Assembly (NCBI GenBank): GCA_963848135.1
Contig: CAWKCK010000009.1
Span: forward strand, 1-64,000
DNA length: 64,000 nt
Direction of reading: 5' to 3'
From: an uncultured delta proteobacterium
GTDB taxonomy: Bacteria > Desulfobacterota > Desulfobacteria > Desulfobacterales > SG8-13
The position numbers and the translations under genes are program-made. The first letter of the stretch is position 1, and the number at the start of each line of letters is the position of its first letter. Below are positions 1 through 9,917 of this stretch, piece after piece. Under the pieces are notes generated by a model. The model made no database searches, was not told where the DNA came from, and saw only the letters and a list, made by a program, of their open reading frames with translations.

Positions 1-771
1 ATGCAGCGCTTCAACGGAAGGATCCAGGGCATCCGCCACACCCTGCTTGATGGCTGAAGATGTCTCGCCCCAGGCCACGGGTGTGGGATTGGCGCCCAGC
101 AACTGATAGAACTGGGCCAGAATCTTGGATCCGGGCACGCGAAACTTGATCCCTTTCATTTGATCCGGCGTCTTGATCGGCCCAGCAACCCCTTTTCGCG
201 TGGCAACCACACGCGGATCGATGACGACATACCAAAGGACCTTGAAGCCTGAGGCGGCCACCTTCGTATGAACTTCATTGCGCCAGGTATCGGAAGTGAC
301 CAGGTTGACGAACTTTTGATTGGTACCCACCCAATAGGGAATATTGATTAAATCTGTCACCGGAGCGAAAGGCGCGAAGTTGGAAATGGAATGCTGGGCG
401 GCCTGTATCGTACCGCCTTGAACTTTTTGGGCCAGCGCAGAACCGGCTCCAAGTTGGCCGCCCGGCGCCAGCTTGACATAAACCTCTCCATTGGTGCAAT
501 TTTGAATGTTTTCCTTCATATCCAGTTGCATAATGGGGTAGCTGCGCGAGGCCCCAAGTATATATGCGGTGGCGATATTCATTTTGTGTTTGGCCGTCTT
601 TTGGCGAGTTGCCTCTTCCTTGGCGACCTGGGCGCTGGCCTCTTTGGAGCCCAATACGCCACTGAACAGCGCTACCGTGGCAGCCGTAAATCCAAACTTG
701 GTCGTCAATTCCATGAAGCGACGCCGCTCTACCATTTTCGGGCCGGATTCCTTCTGTTTGTCATGGGTCAT
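1..771 (-). CDS. TRAP transporter substrate-binding protein (DctP family) with Tat-like signal; partial, runs off window start
   Basis: Not in the ORF track. Manual translation from ATG at 771 gives MTHDKQKESGPKMVERRRFMELTTKFGFTAATVALFSG...ATAYILGASRSYPIMQLD...VYVKLAPGGQLG...QGGTIQAA...AIKQGVADALD, which has DctP-type motifs. The ATG overlaps the upstream TGA (ATGA). Confidence 0.85.
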   Translation of the reverse strand, partial: MTHDKQKESGPKMVERRRFMELTTKFGFTAATVALFSGVLGSKEASAQVAKEEATRQKTAKHKMNIATAYILGASRSYPIMQLDMKENIQNCTNGEVYVKLAPGGQLGAGSALAQKVQGGTIQAAQHSISNFAPFAPVTDLINIPYWVGTNQKFVNLVTSDTWRNEVHTKVAASGFKVLWYVVIDPRVVATRKGVAGPIKTPDQMKGIKFRVPGSKILAQFYQLLGANPTPVAWGETSSAIKQGVADALDPSVEALH

Positions 772-1031
772 TTTTCGTCTCCTTTTATCTCATTTGAAGA
801 TTTATTTTCAGCAGCTTCTCTCTTTAAAGCCGCTACGATCAACGCTACGCAAGCTACGGATAGCAGGAGGAACTCGGCCACATTGCCTAAATGCGGCAGA
901 TTCAGGCCATATGAGACCGTCGCTTTACCGAAAAGCACGTTGACAAAGTATATGGCGAAGAGAAGATAAAAGGTAAACAGGGCAACATTTCCCCCCTTAC
1001 CGTTTGTCTTGTTGTTTTGTTCTGCCATCAT
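768..1031 (-). CDS. Small membrane protein (two hydrophobic segments), coupled to the TRAP gene
   Basis: 87 aa with two TM-like stretches, GGAGG RBS upstream, and ATGA overlap with the dctP gene. Confidence 0.7.
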   Translation of the reverse strand: MMAEQNNKTNGKGGNVALFTFYLLFAIYFVNVLFGKATVSYGLNLPHLGNVAEFLLLSVACVALIVAALKREAAENKSSNEIKGDEK

Positions 1032-1235
1032 AGCATTTCACCTCCACGTTAAGCATATTGATTTAACGATTTCCCCCAGACTATCTCGACAAGGTGTTAC
1101 CGTCTTTCTCTTGCCACACAAAGATCTTAATATCCTGCTTTTATCCGGATCTATTCCGGCCCCGGGGCCGATGCCAGCGCCCGGAGTCAGAATGAAGACC
1201 TTTACTTTCTGATGTTTCCGTATCGGTTGCCTGAT

Positions 1236-2411
1236 TTAGGCGCTCTCGTAAAGCTTGGTCAATACGAACTCTTCATGACCCAGCAACTCCTGGGCGGTCA
1301 GGCGGCCATTGCAGGTGCGTTTCAGTATTTCCATAAGACCGTCACCCGATTGATCCAGGGTTAGCTCACCTCTTAGGATAGCGGAGCAGTCATAATCGAG
1401 GTGCTCCTTCATCGTCGCGCAAGTCAAAGGATTCGCCGAAAGCTTGATGACCGGTTCGATGGGGTTGCCGATGATATTGCCTTGCCCGGTGGGAAAGAAA
1501 TGGGCCACAAAACCGGCCGCCGCCCAAAGGGTGACCGCTTCGGCCGCGGCAGAGCTGGTGTCCATGAACCATAGTCCCGGCTTGGTAGGCGCCTCGGCCT
1601 TATCGAGGCACCCCACGAATTTGCTTTTCTTACCGATCTTCTGCAGGTTGCCGAAGGCTTTCTCCTCGATTGTGGTGAGGCCGCCGCGGATATTGCCCTT
1701 GGTGGGCTGGCTGCCTGAGAGGTCGTCCGTTTTATTTCGGTCGATCATTTCCTGATACTTGTTGAAGATCGCCATGAACTGCTCGCCGACCTCCGGGGAG
1801 GCAGCGCGTTTTTTGCAGACCGCCTCGGCACCGGTGATCTCGCTGGTCTCGCCGAATGAGCAGGTTGCCCCGGCCGCCACCAGTTTGTCGAAGGCGTTGC
1901 CCACCGTAGGATTGCTGGCCAGGCCGCTGGTTGTATCACTCTCACCGCATTTTGTGGAAACCCAGATTTCGCTTAAATCCACTTCTTCGCGTTTGAGCTC
2001 GCTGGCCCACTGCATGTACTCGTAGGCTTTCCAGCACGCCATCTCCACTGTTTTATAATCGCCCTGACGTTCGATGGAAAAACCAGTGACCGGTTTTCCG
2101 GTTTCGGCGATGCCATCCACAATGATGTTGGTCCACTCGGGCTCGATACCAATGACGACCACGGCGGCCACGTTGGGATTCGCTCCTGTGCCGATCATGG
2201 TGCGAAAAAATAGCTGCAGATCCTCGCCGAATTGCAGCCGGCCATAGGCATGCGGAATGGCCTTGGTGCCTTTGACGCCGTAAGCGACCTTTTCACAGGC
2301 CGAGTTGGACAGGTCATCCAACGGTAAAATCAACACATGATTGCGAATACCCACTCGGCCGTTTTCACGTCTGTATCCCCAGACAGTTCCTAAATTGCTC
2401 ATTTCTACCAC
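1236..2411 (-). CDS. suyB: (2R)-sulfolactate sulfo-lyase beta subunit (UxaA/altronate dehydratase family)
   Basis: [57 protein letters not shown] motifs; split SAF-domain gene upstream; adjacent to comC and slcC. Confidence 0.85.
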   Translation of the reverse strand: MVEMSNLGTVWGYRRENGRVGIRNHVLILPLDDLSNSACEKVAYGVKGTKAIPHAYGRLQFGEDLQLFFRTMIGTGANPNVAAVVVIGIEPEWTNIIVDGIAETGKPVTGFSIERQGDYKTVEMACWKAYEYMQWASELKREEVDLSEIWVSTKCGESDTTSGLASNPTVGNAFDKLVAAGATCSFGETSEITGAEAVCKKRAASPEVGEQFMAIFNKYQEMIDRNKTDDLSGSQPTKGNIRGGLTTIEEKAFGNLQKIGKKSKFVGCLDKAEAPTKPGLWFMDTSSAAAEAVTLWAAAGFVAHFFPTGQGNIIGNPIEPVIKLSANPLTCATMKEHLDYDCSAILRGELTLDQSGDGLMEILKRTCNGRLTAQELLGHEEFVLTKLYESA

Positions 2412-2683
2412 CTCTTGGTTTTCAGGTTCTGGATGTGTACGTGGCCACCCTTTTTGATGTTCGCAACCACTTTGCCGATGTCTTCGCCGTACTTGATGAC
2501 ATTACCGCCTTCGGCAAGATCATTCAGCGCGATTTTGTGTCCCAACGGGATATCGTCGAGGGCTTTAACATCGATGCCTTTTTGAGAGTCCATAAAAAGC
2601 CCGTTGGCGGTTTCGCCAGCCTTGATATCCACGGTGGCCACTCCAACGGAGTCGGCCGCTTCGTGAACCAAAAATTGAATCAT
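2405..2683 (-). CDS. suyA: Sulfolactate sulfo-lyase alpha subunit (SAF domain)
   Basis: 92 aa with [10 protein letters not shown]...VIKYGEDIG...[14 protein letters not shown]; overlaps suyB. Confidence 0.85.
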   Translation of the reverse strand: MIQFLVHEAADSVGVATVDIKAGETANGLFMDSQKGIDVKALDDIPLGHKIALNDLAEGGNVIKYGEDIGKVVANIKKGGHVHIQNLKTKRW

Positions 2684-2763
2684 TGTTGAGCCTCCTTTGG
2701 TTTAGTTGATTGAAAAAAATTAGGGATTATTATTTCGCTCGGTCCGGCGCCTCTCCTTGTAAG

Positions 2764-3774
2764 TCAGGTGCCGGATCCCAGCGCGACCAGCTGGTCGTAT
2801 TGTTGCTCGGGGATTAAGATTCCGTTTTGCCGGGCGGCTTGCCGCAATTTGAGGCGACGATCGCCGGGCAGACGGGTATTTTCCTGACCTAAAATGGCGC
2901 TTAAGAGAATTTCCAGGCGGTCGTTAAATGTCTCTTGTGACAAGGGGTTTGGCGCGATAGCGATCATAAGTTGTCCCACGCCGGACGATTTTCCTTCAGC
3001 GCTGAAAAAAGAACTGGCTTCGAAGCCGAAATGGGCAGCAGTCAGGGCGGCCGACAAAATTTCGACCATGAGAACCAGTGCGGCCCCCTTTGCGCCTCCC
3101 ATCGGCAGCATGGTGCCGGCCATAGCGGCCTTTGGGTCGGTTGTGGGTTTGCCGTGCGGATCCAGAGCCCAACCTTCCGGGATGGACTTCCCTTCGTTTT
3201 CGGCGACCATTATTTTACCCCGGGCCACTTTGCTAAGAGAAAGATCGATCACTAATGGGCTGGGGTTGGCCCGGGGCGAGGCAAAAGCAATCGGGTTGGT
3301 GCCGAAGACCCCTTGATCACCACCCCAAGGCGCGATGGCTTTGGGTGTATTTGCAAACAGTAACCCGATGAGGCCTTTCTGCGCCAAGGCCTCCACGTGA
3401 TATCCGGCGGCACCGCAGTGGTGCGAATGGGTCACTGCCGTTACAGCGATACCGCTTTTCGGCGTCGTTGTGGCGAGTTTATCCACGGCAAGCGCCAGGG
3501 CGGGAAAGGCGAAGCCGTTTCGGGCATCGATCCTGAGGGCGGCCTCGGCCACCAATGTCGATGTCGGTTGTGCCTGTCCGTTGACTTTTCCGCTGGCCGC
3601 CTGAGCGCAATAAGAAGGAAGTCTCGAAAGACCGTGGCCTCGCAATCCATCCGCTTCGGCGGCGACCAAAGCATTTGCCACGATTTCTGCATTGCTGTCG
3701 CTGGTATTGTGGGAGCAGAGCGCGTTTACGCATATTTTATGTGCTTCAGTGAGAGTTAACCTTGTCTCCGTCAT
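2764..3774 (-). CDS. comC: Ldh_2-family (2R)-3-sulfolactate dehydrogenase
   Basis: GLRGHGLSR, HHCGAAG, GTNPIAF, GGAKG motifs of the malate/L-lactate dehydrogenase-2 family; suyAB context. Confidence 0.75.
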   Translation of the reverse strand: MTETRLTLTEAHKICVNALCSHNTSDSNAEIVANALVAAEADGLRGHGLSRLPSYCAQAASGKVNGQAQPTSTLVAEAALRIDARNGFAFPALALAVDKLATTTPKSGIAVTAVTHSHHCGAAGYHVEALAQKGLIGLLFANTPKAIAPWGGDQGVFGTNPIAFASPRANPSPLVIDLSLSKVARGKIMVAENEGKSIPEGWALDPHGKPTTDPKAAMAGTMLPMGGAKGAALVLMVEILSAALTAAHFGFEASSFFSAEGKSSGVGQLMIAIAPNPLSQETFNDRLEILLSAILGQENTRLPGDRRLKLRQAARQNGILIPEQQYDQLVALGSGT

Positions 3775-4718
3775 TTGGAAGCCTCCAACACCCGTTGCAC
3801 ATTATCCATGGTGACATGACTGACGCGTTGGTTGGATTCGATGGTGACGCCGGCGATATGAGGGGTGAGGACAAGATTGGGCAGGTCGGAGAACTTAGCC
3901 GCCGAGGAAGCCGTGAGGGGTTCGGTCTCGTATACATCCAAGGCGGCCCCCCTGATTCGACCGGATTTCATCGCGGTCACCAGCGCGTTTTCGTCCAACA
4001 CCCCGCCGCGTGCGGCGTTCACCAATATGGCGCCCTGTTTCATTTGAGCAATGGCCTCATCATTAATAAGGTGCCGGGTGGCATCGGTGAGAGGGACATG
4101 CAAGCTGACAATGTCGGCGACCCGAAGCATTTCGTGCAATTTGTCGATTTTGGGTACCCCCGTCCAACACTTGTCATCCGGGGAGACATAAGGGTCATAG
4201 GCAATCACTCTCATTCCCAAAGCCTGGGCCATCCGGGCCGTATAACGCGCAATCTGGCCGAAGCCAACCAATCCGAGGGTTTTAGCCCCGGTTTCATGAC
4301 CCATTGCCTCTGTACGGGGCCACTCGCCATTCACCATTTGGGTTTTGGAGAGAAAGGCGCCGCGCAGCAGGAGCATCGCTGTTGCGATCACCCATTCGGC
4401 GACGGCGGCATCGTTGGCGCCTGTTGCCGGGCAGACGGTTACACCCCGCTCTTCACACGCTTTTAAATCGATGTTGTCCAGGCCGACGCCTAACCGTCCG
4501 ACCACCTTCAAATGGGGTGCTGCTTGGAGTAATCCAGCATCAACGCGGGTTCGATTGCGAACAACCAATCCCCTGGCATCGGCAAGCAGCGATTTCAGTT
4601 CATCCGGTTTGTCGACGAGCTGGGGGTCGTAATGCACGTCATAGGTTTTAGCTGTATCTTCCACAGCCGTTTCGTCCATGAATTCGGTGATGATGACATC
4701 AGGCATTGAGGCTTCCAT
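3771..4718 (-). CDS. slcC: D-2-hydroxyacid dehydrogenase family protein, probable (S)-sulfolactate dehydrogenase
   Basis: VIITEFMDE N-terminus, GRLGVGLDNID, GFGQIA, VNAARGG, LTPHIAG; comC-suyAB context. Confidence 0.75.
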   Translation of the reverse strand: MEASMPDVIITEFMDETAVEDTAKTYDVHYDPQLVDKPDELKSLLADARGLVVRNRTRVDAGLLQAAPHLKVVGRLGVGLDNIDLKACEERGVTVCPATGANDAAVAEWVIATAMLLLRGAFLSKTQMVNGEWPRTEAMGHETGAKTLGLVGFGQIARYTARMAQALGMRVIAYDPYVSPDDKCWTGVPKIDKLHEMLRVADIVSLHVPLTDATRHLINDEAIAQMKQGAILVNAARGGVLDENALVTAMKSGRIRGAALDVYETEPLTASSAAKFSDLPNLVLTPHIAGVTIESNQRVSHVTMDNVQRVLEASK

Positions 4719-4791
4719 TTAATATGAGTTAATTTTGAAGGGGAGGAATTGAAGATGATGCCGGCAAGTCTATGATCCTTATTAACGTTTG

Positions 4792-4807
4792 AGCAATGAG
4801 CATGCCA
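4792..4807 (-). promoter_or_regulatory. sigma54 (-24/-12) promoter for the slcC-comC-suyAB operon
   Basis: Minus strand reads TTGGCATGCTCATTGCT (GG-N10-GC). An AT-rich IHF-like tract lies upstream and a sigma54 activator gene is divergent. Confidence 0.75.
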
Positions 4808-4883
4808 AAAAAGGTAATATAAAAAATATTAAATAAAAACAATAAATTAAATATTTTGCTTTCGGTTCACTTCGCCTGGTATG

Positions 4884-5048
4884 TGCCGATAATTGGGCGC
4901 CATGCCGAATATCGGGCAAAAGGCTTGATATGCTCATGTAATTATCGTATCTGTATATCGATAACAGACGAATATATCGTTATTTTCTATCCAACCGGAT
5001 CTCATTTTCTCTTCAATCGACAGGGATAAATGTGCCGAAAATTGGGCA
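4884..5048. promoter_or_regulatory. Three putative enhancer/activator binding sites
   Basis: TGCCGATAATTGGGC (4884), TGCCGAATATCGGGCA (4903) and TGCCGAAAATTGGGCA (5033) form a repeated imperfect palindrome. Confidence 0.6.
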
Positions 5049-5072
5049 AGGATACCGCAAGGAGGGTGTTTC

Positions 5073-6608
5073 ATGACGTGGAATGCCGCGACACGTTACC
5101 GGTTACTTATCGAGATTAACAATGCGATCGTGAAACATACCAACCGTGTGGACCTATTCAATGCGCTGGCAAGCGAAATAAAAAAAACCGTTCCGTATGA
5201 CCGATTCAGTATCAATCTTTACGACGCGGATAAAAGGGTACTGACTTACTTCAGCACGGCCGAGGGGATTTCACCTAAGGCCATCAGCGAATCTGAGCGT
5301 CCGCTGGCGCAAGGCGCAATCGCCAAAGCGGTCATACGATCAAAAGAACCCGTCATCATCCCCGATTTGAAGAAGCGCAATTATTGGGCATCGGTAAGGG
5401 CCATGTTGGAAGCGGGCCTTTCTTCAAGTATGGCCTACCCACTGATTACCCGGGGCAATGTGCTGGGCGTATTGCATTTTTCTTTCAAGAAACAACCGAC
5501 TAAAATGGACGAACTGTCGCATTTTTTAACCGAGCTGTCCGATGTTGTCGCTGTTGCCGTGGACAATATGCTGGTATACAGCAAACTCAAAGAAGTCAAC
5601 CAGAGTCTGGTCCAACAGAAGCAGTATCTTTTGGAACGCGCGGAGGAGTCTTACCGCCCGGAATCATTTTATTTTAATTCGCCCATCATGATTGAGCTGA
5701 TGCGGCAGGTAGACCTGATTGCCGCCACAGATGCCAGTGCTCTGATTACCGGTGAAACCGGCACCGGTAAGGACTTCATTGCCCGCCATATTCATCGCCT
5801 GAGTCCCCGCAAGGCAGGCCTCTTCGTGAAGGTCAATTGCCCGGCGCTTTCAACCGGCCTATTCGAAAGCGAACTCTTCGGGCATGCGAAGGGAGCCTTT
5901 ACCGGTGCTGGAGCCGCTAGGGCCGGGCGCTTCGCAATGGCAGACGATGGCACCATCTTCCTGGACGAGATCGGTGAATTGTCGATCGACCTGCAGGCCA
6001 AACTTCTGCACGTTTTGCAGGATAGATGTTTCGAGCGGGTGGGTGACAGTCGTCCGATTGAGGTGAATGTCAGGGTGATCGCTGCCACCAATCGAGACAT
6101 GACCAAAGCGATACGGAGTGGTAAGTTTCGTTCGGACCTGTTTTATCGACTCAATACGGTTGAGGTGCATATGCCTCCGCTGCGGGAAAGGCTTGAAGAT
6201 GTGCCCGGTCTCGTTCAGTGGCTTAACCGACTCGAAGCCCAAAAAGCCAACCGGCTTGCCCCCCGATATACCCATTCAGCAATCAGAGTTCTCCGCGGGC
6301 ATCACTGGCCGGGTAATGTGCGTGAACTAAAAAACCTTGTCAAGAGAATGATCATAATGCGCCCGGGGGAAAACATCAGCGGGAAGGATGTGGAAATCTT
6401 CGTCGAAACAGGACGGCCGAGCCGTCGAGAAAGAGCTTACAATCTGGCGGCGGCGGAACGGCAGCATATTGAAATGGTGCTTGCCAACACCAGCGGTCAG
6501 TTGGGAGGAAAGAAGGGCGCAGCGGCTCTCTTGGGTATTCCACGGACCACCCTGCAATATCGATTAAAAAAACTGGGGATTGACCACAGGAGTTTCATAC
6601 CTCACTGA
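5073..6608 (+). CDS. sigma54-dependent transcriptional activator (GAF-AAA-Fis HTH, FhlA/NifA-like)
   Basis: GETGTGKD, ESELFGHAKGAFTGA, FLDEIGE, WPGNVREL, C-terminal HTH, N-terminal GAF-like domain. Confidence 0.92.
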   Translation: MTWNAATRYRLLIEINNAIVKHTNRVDLFNALASEIKKTVPYDRFSINLYDADKRVLTYFSTAEGISPKAISESERPLAQGAIAKAVIRSKEPVIIPDLKKRNYWASVRAMLEAGLSSSMAYPLITRGNVLGVLHFSFKKQPTKMDELSHFLTELSDVVAVAVDNMLVYSKLKEVNQSLVQQKQYLLERAEESYRPESFYFNSPIMIELMRQVDLIAATDASALITGETGTGKDFIARHIHRLSPRKAGLFVKVNCPALSTGLFESELFGHAKGAFTGAGAARAGRFAMADDGTIFLDEIGELSIDLQAKLLHVLQDRCFERVGDSRPIEVNVRVIAATNRDMTKAIRSGKFRSDLFYRLNTVEVHMPPLRERLEDVPGLVQWLNRLEAQKANRLAPRYTHSAIRVLRGHHWPGNVRELKNLVKRMIIMRPGENISGKDVEIFVETGRPSRRERAYNLAAAERQHIEMVLANTSGQLGGKKGAAALLGIPRTTLQYRLKKLGIDHRSFIPH

Positions 6609-6739
6609 GGCCCTTTCAATGCAGAGCTGAAGTCACAGTAACCTTGGCTAAATTGGTGCGGTCGTGATATACTACCCTCTTGTAATTCACGCTTAAACGG
6701 GCAGGCAGAATTGCGTTTTTCAGTCTAAAAGGAGGACAG

Positions 6740-7696
6740 ATGACCGTTGCATTCAAACGGGCCCTGGTAACGGGAGGGGCCGGTTTCATCGGGTCCCATT
6801 TGTCGGAAGCGCTCGTTGCTGACGGCTGTAAGGTTGTCGTCCTAGACAATTTTTCTACCGGCCACCGGTCCAATCTGGATTCGGTGGCCGGGTCGATAGA
6901 AATGGTAGAAGGCGATATCCGCGATATTCAGACAGTAAGGCGGGCAACGAAAGGGTGTGAGGTGGTGTTTCACCTGGCTGCGATGGTGTCGGTACCTCAA
7001 ACCGTTGAGCAGCCTTTGGAATCGGCCGCAGTCAATGACATGGGAACGATGCACGTGCTTGAATCCGCCCGCGACAGCGGTGTTTCCAGTCTGGTTTTCG
7101 CGAGTTCTTCTGCGGTCTATGGAGATGATCCCGCATTGCCGAAAAAAGAAGAAATGATGCCAAAACCGCTCAGTCCCTATGCCGTGCAGAAAATAACGGG
7201 TGAGTACTTTGCCTGTCTGTACCATCGGCTGTATGGAATGAATACCACCAGCTTGCGATTTTTTAACGTTTACGGCCCAAGGCAGGATCCGTCGTCAGCG
7301 TATTCCGGTGTCATATCGATATTCATGTCAAAGGCGGTTCAAAAGGTACCGCCGACTATTTACGGGGATGGCACCCAAAGCAGAGATTTCGTGTACGTTG
7401 CGGATGTGGTTCATGCCTTGCTGAAAGCCGCTAGCAACCGGGCGGCATCCGGACGGTCGGTCAATGTGGGAACCGGAACCTCTATTGATATTAATAAGCT
7501 GTGGAAAACCATTGCCAATCTGGCTGGGTTCAATGCGGATCCCCGTTATGCGCCGCAGCGTGCCGGCGACATCATCGCTTCGATAGCCGCCATCGATGCC
7601 GCTAAAACTCTGCTGGGGTTTGAGCCGACAGTGGCTTTCGAAGAGGGACTTGAAAATACTTTCCGCTGGTATGCCGATTCATGTGCTCCCGCATAA
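6740..7696 (+). CDS. NAD-dependent nucleotide-sugar 4-epimerase (GalE/WbpP-like SDR)
   Basis: GGAGFIG, SSSAVYG, YAVQK (YxxxK), RFFNVYGPRQD. Confidence 0.88.
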   Translation: MTVAFKRALVTGGAGFIGSHLSEALVADGCKVVVLDNFSTGHRSNLDSVAGSIEMVEGDIRDIQTVRRATKGCEVVFHLAAMVSVPQTVEQPLESAAVNDMGTMHVLESARDSGVSSLVFASSSAVYGDDPALPKKEEMMPKPLSPYAVQKITGEYFACLYHRLYGMNTTSLRFFNVYGPRQDPSSAYSGVISIFMSKAVQKVPPTIYGDGTQSRDFVYVADVVHALLKAASNRAASGRSVNVGTGTSIDINKLWKTIANLAGFNADPRYAPQRAGDIIASIAAIDAAKTLLGFEPTVAFEEGLENTFRWYADSCAPA

Positions 7697-7834
7697 AGAA
7701 CTAACCATGGAACTGCGGATGACAATGGCGAGATCGCCAAATTAAAGATTCAATGGAATTGTTGGGTGAAAAATATCGGCGGGTCACAACCGCTCGGGAC
7801 TGGACAATATTAAAAAAGAAGGACAGGGGTGAAT

Positions 7835-8860
7835 ATGGCGTTTGAATTTAAAAAAGTGCTTGTTACCGGTGCGGCCGGATTCATCGGGTTTCATCTGACG
7901 CGGCGATTGCTGGAAAGCGGGGTTCATGTCACTGGCCTTGACAATCTGAACACTTACTATGATGTCAATCTTAAAAAAGACCGTTTAAAGATCTTGCAGG
8001 ATTCAGAGAACTTTTCATTCTCTGAGACCGATCTTGCCAACCTCGAAGGCCTGAACGCGGTTTTTGACGGCCAAGCCTTCGACGTAGTGGTCAATCTGGC
8101 CGCACAGGCCGGCGTGCGGTATTCGCTTGAAAACCCGCATGCATATGTGGAGGCCAACCTTGTGGGTTTCGTCAACCTGTTGGAATGCTGCCGGCATCAC
8201 CGTACGCCTCATCTGGTTTTTGCTTCATCAAGTTCGGTCTACGGGGCCAATACCTGTATGCCGTTTTCCGTGCACCACAATGTCGACCATCCCGTTTCCC
8301 TGTATGCCGCCTCGAAAAAGGCCAATGAACTCCTGGCTCACACATATAGCCATCTCTACAAACTGCCGTGTACCGGACTTCGTTTTTTCACGGTTTACGG
8401 ACCGTGGGGAAGGCCCGATATGGCTCTCTTCCTGTTTACAAAAGCCATAATCGAAGACAAACCGATACAGGTATTCAACCATGGCCGTATGAAACGCGAT
8501 TTTACTTATGTCGACGATATCGTCGAGGGCGTTGTCAGGGTGATGGGTAAACTGCCGGAACCCAATCTCGATTGGCATGGAGATCGACCCGATCCCGGTA
8601 CCTCGGCCGCACCCTACAAGATCTATAACATCGGCAATAACCGTCCGGTGGAACTAAAGGATTTCATTGCGGCCATAGAGGCAGCGTTAGGAAAGTTGGC
8701 CAAAAAGGAGATGCGAGATATGCAACCGGGTGATGTGCCGGCGACATTCGCCGATATCGATGATCTTGCCAGAGACGTCGGGTTCAGGCCGGACACACCC
8801 CTTGAAACTGGTATTCAAAGGTTCGTCGACTGGTACAAGAAATACTATCGCATTAATTAG
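7835..8860 (+). CDS. UDP-glucuronate 4-epimerase
   Basis: [43 protein letters not shown]. Confidence 0.9.
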   Translation: MAFEFKKVLVTGAAGFIGFHLTRRLLESGVHVTGLDNLNTYYDVNLKKDRLKILQDSENFSFSETDLANLEGLNAVFDGQAFDVVVNLAAQAGVRYSLENPHAYVEANLVGFVNLLECCRHHRTPHLVFASSSSVYGANTCMPFSVHHNVDHPVSLYAASKKANELLAHTYSHLYKLPCTGLRFFTVYGPWGRPDMALFLFTKAIIEDKPIQVFNHGRMKRDFTYVDDIVEGVVRVMGKLPEPNLDWHGDRPDPGTSAAPYKIYNIGNNRPVELKDFIAAIEAALGKLAKKEMRDMQPGDVPATFADIDDLARDVGFRPDTPLETGIQRFVDWYKKYYRIN

Positions 8861-8902
8861 TGTCCATCCGTAATTGTTGAAAAATTGGTGGGCACATGTG
8901 TG

Positions 8903-9047
8903 AGTGTCCGATTCATAAATGAGTAGTTTTTTCTCTGGGCAAGGCCGCACAAGGGTTTTGACCGCAGGCGTAGCCTGGCTACTTTGAGGATCGAGACCCG
9001 CGGAGAACGCCGCCCAGGGGAAAAAGGGCCATTTATGGACGGACATT
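8903..9047 (+). repeat. Palindromic dispersed element (REP/MITE-like, CAAGG...GCGTA-core family)
   Basis: Terminal IR tgtccgattcataaat / atttatggacggaca and inner IR tttttctctgggc / gcccaggggaaaaa; similar to the 34357-34499 element. Confidence 0.7.
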
Positions 9048-9083
9048 AATTAGTGTGCATCCATTTCGAAGACAGGTGGGATA

Positions 9084-9887
9084 ATGAATATTGAAGTAAA
9101 CGGCATCCGTTTCAATGCCGCCATAACAGGAGAATTGGATGGGCCGGTAGTGGTCCTGAGTCATTCCCTGTGCACGAACATGGCCATGTGGGATGAGCAA
9201 CTGGCGGACATTGAACCCCATTTTCGGATCCTGCGCTATGATTCGCGCGGTCACGGTGCCAGCGACGCCCCCAAGGGAGCATACACGCTGGATCAGTTGG
9301 CAGATGATGCTATCGGTGTGTTGGATTTTCTCGGTATCGAAAAGGTGAATTGGGTCGGGCTTTCAATGGGCGGGATGGTCGGACAGAGCATCGCTCTGCG
9401 CCACCCGCAGCGGCTGCAAAAGCTGGTTCTCGCCAGCACGGCTGCAGTCATGGGGGATCAACTCCAGCCGGTATGGCAGGACAGAATTTCACGGGCCCGA
9501 TCTCTGGGGATGTCATCTCTGGTAGCAGAAATACTCGAACGCTGGTTCTCGCCGGATTTTTTAGATGCCGAATCACTTCCGGTGCAACGTATCCGGCAAC
9601 AGATTCTTTCCACACCGGTAAACGGTTTCGTCGGTTGCTGTGAAGCCATCCGGCATTTAGATTACCTTGAACGTATTACTGCCATTGACATACCGACGCT
9701 CATTATCGTTGGCGAGGATGACCCGGGAACACCCGTGGCGTTCAGCGAAGCGATCCATGCCCGCATTTCCGGATCGCAGCTTTGCATCATACCGGCCGCA
9801 CGCCATCTGTGCAATATTGAGAAACAACGCGACTTCAACAACCGTTTGCTGGAATTTTTATCAGACCAAGGACCTACTGAAAAGTGA
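9084..9887 (+). CDS. pcaD: 3-oxoadipate enol-lactonase-like alpha/beta hydrolase
   Basis: LSHSL, YDSRGHG, GLSMGG nucleophile elbow, GEDD and ARH catalytic residues. Confidence 0.7.
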   Translation: MNIEVNGIRFNAAITGELDGPVVVLSHSLCTNMAMWDEQLADIEPHFRILRYDSRGHGASDAPKGAYTLDQLADDAIGVLDFLGIEKVNWVGLSMGGMVGQSIALRHPQRLQKLVLASTAAVMGDQLQPVWQDRISRARSLGMSSLVAEILERWFSPDFLDAESLPVQRIRQQILSTPVNGFVGCCEAIRHLDYLERITAIDIPTLIIVGEDDPGTPVAFSEAIHARISGSQLCIIPAARHLCNIEKQRDFNNRLLEFLSDQGPTEK

Positions 9888-9917
9888 GTTAAATGGGTTA
9901 GAAATCGAACCGGCTGC

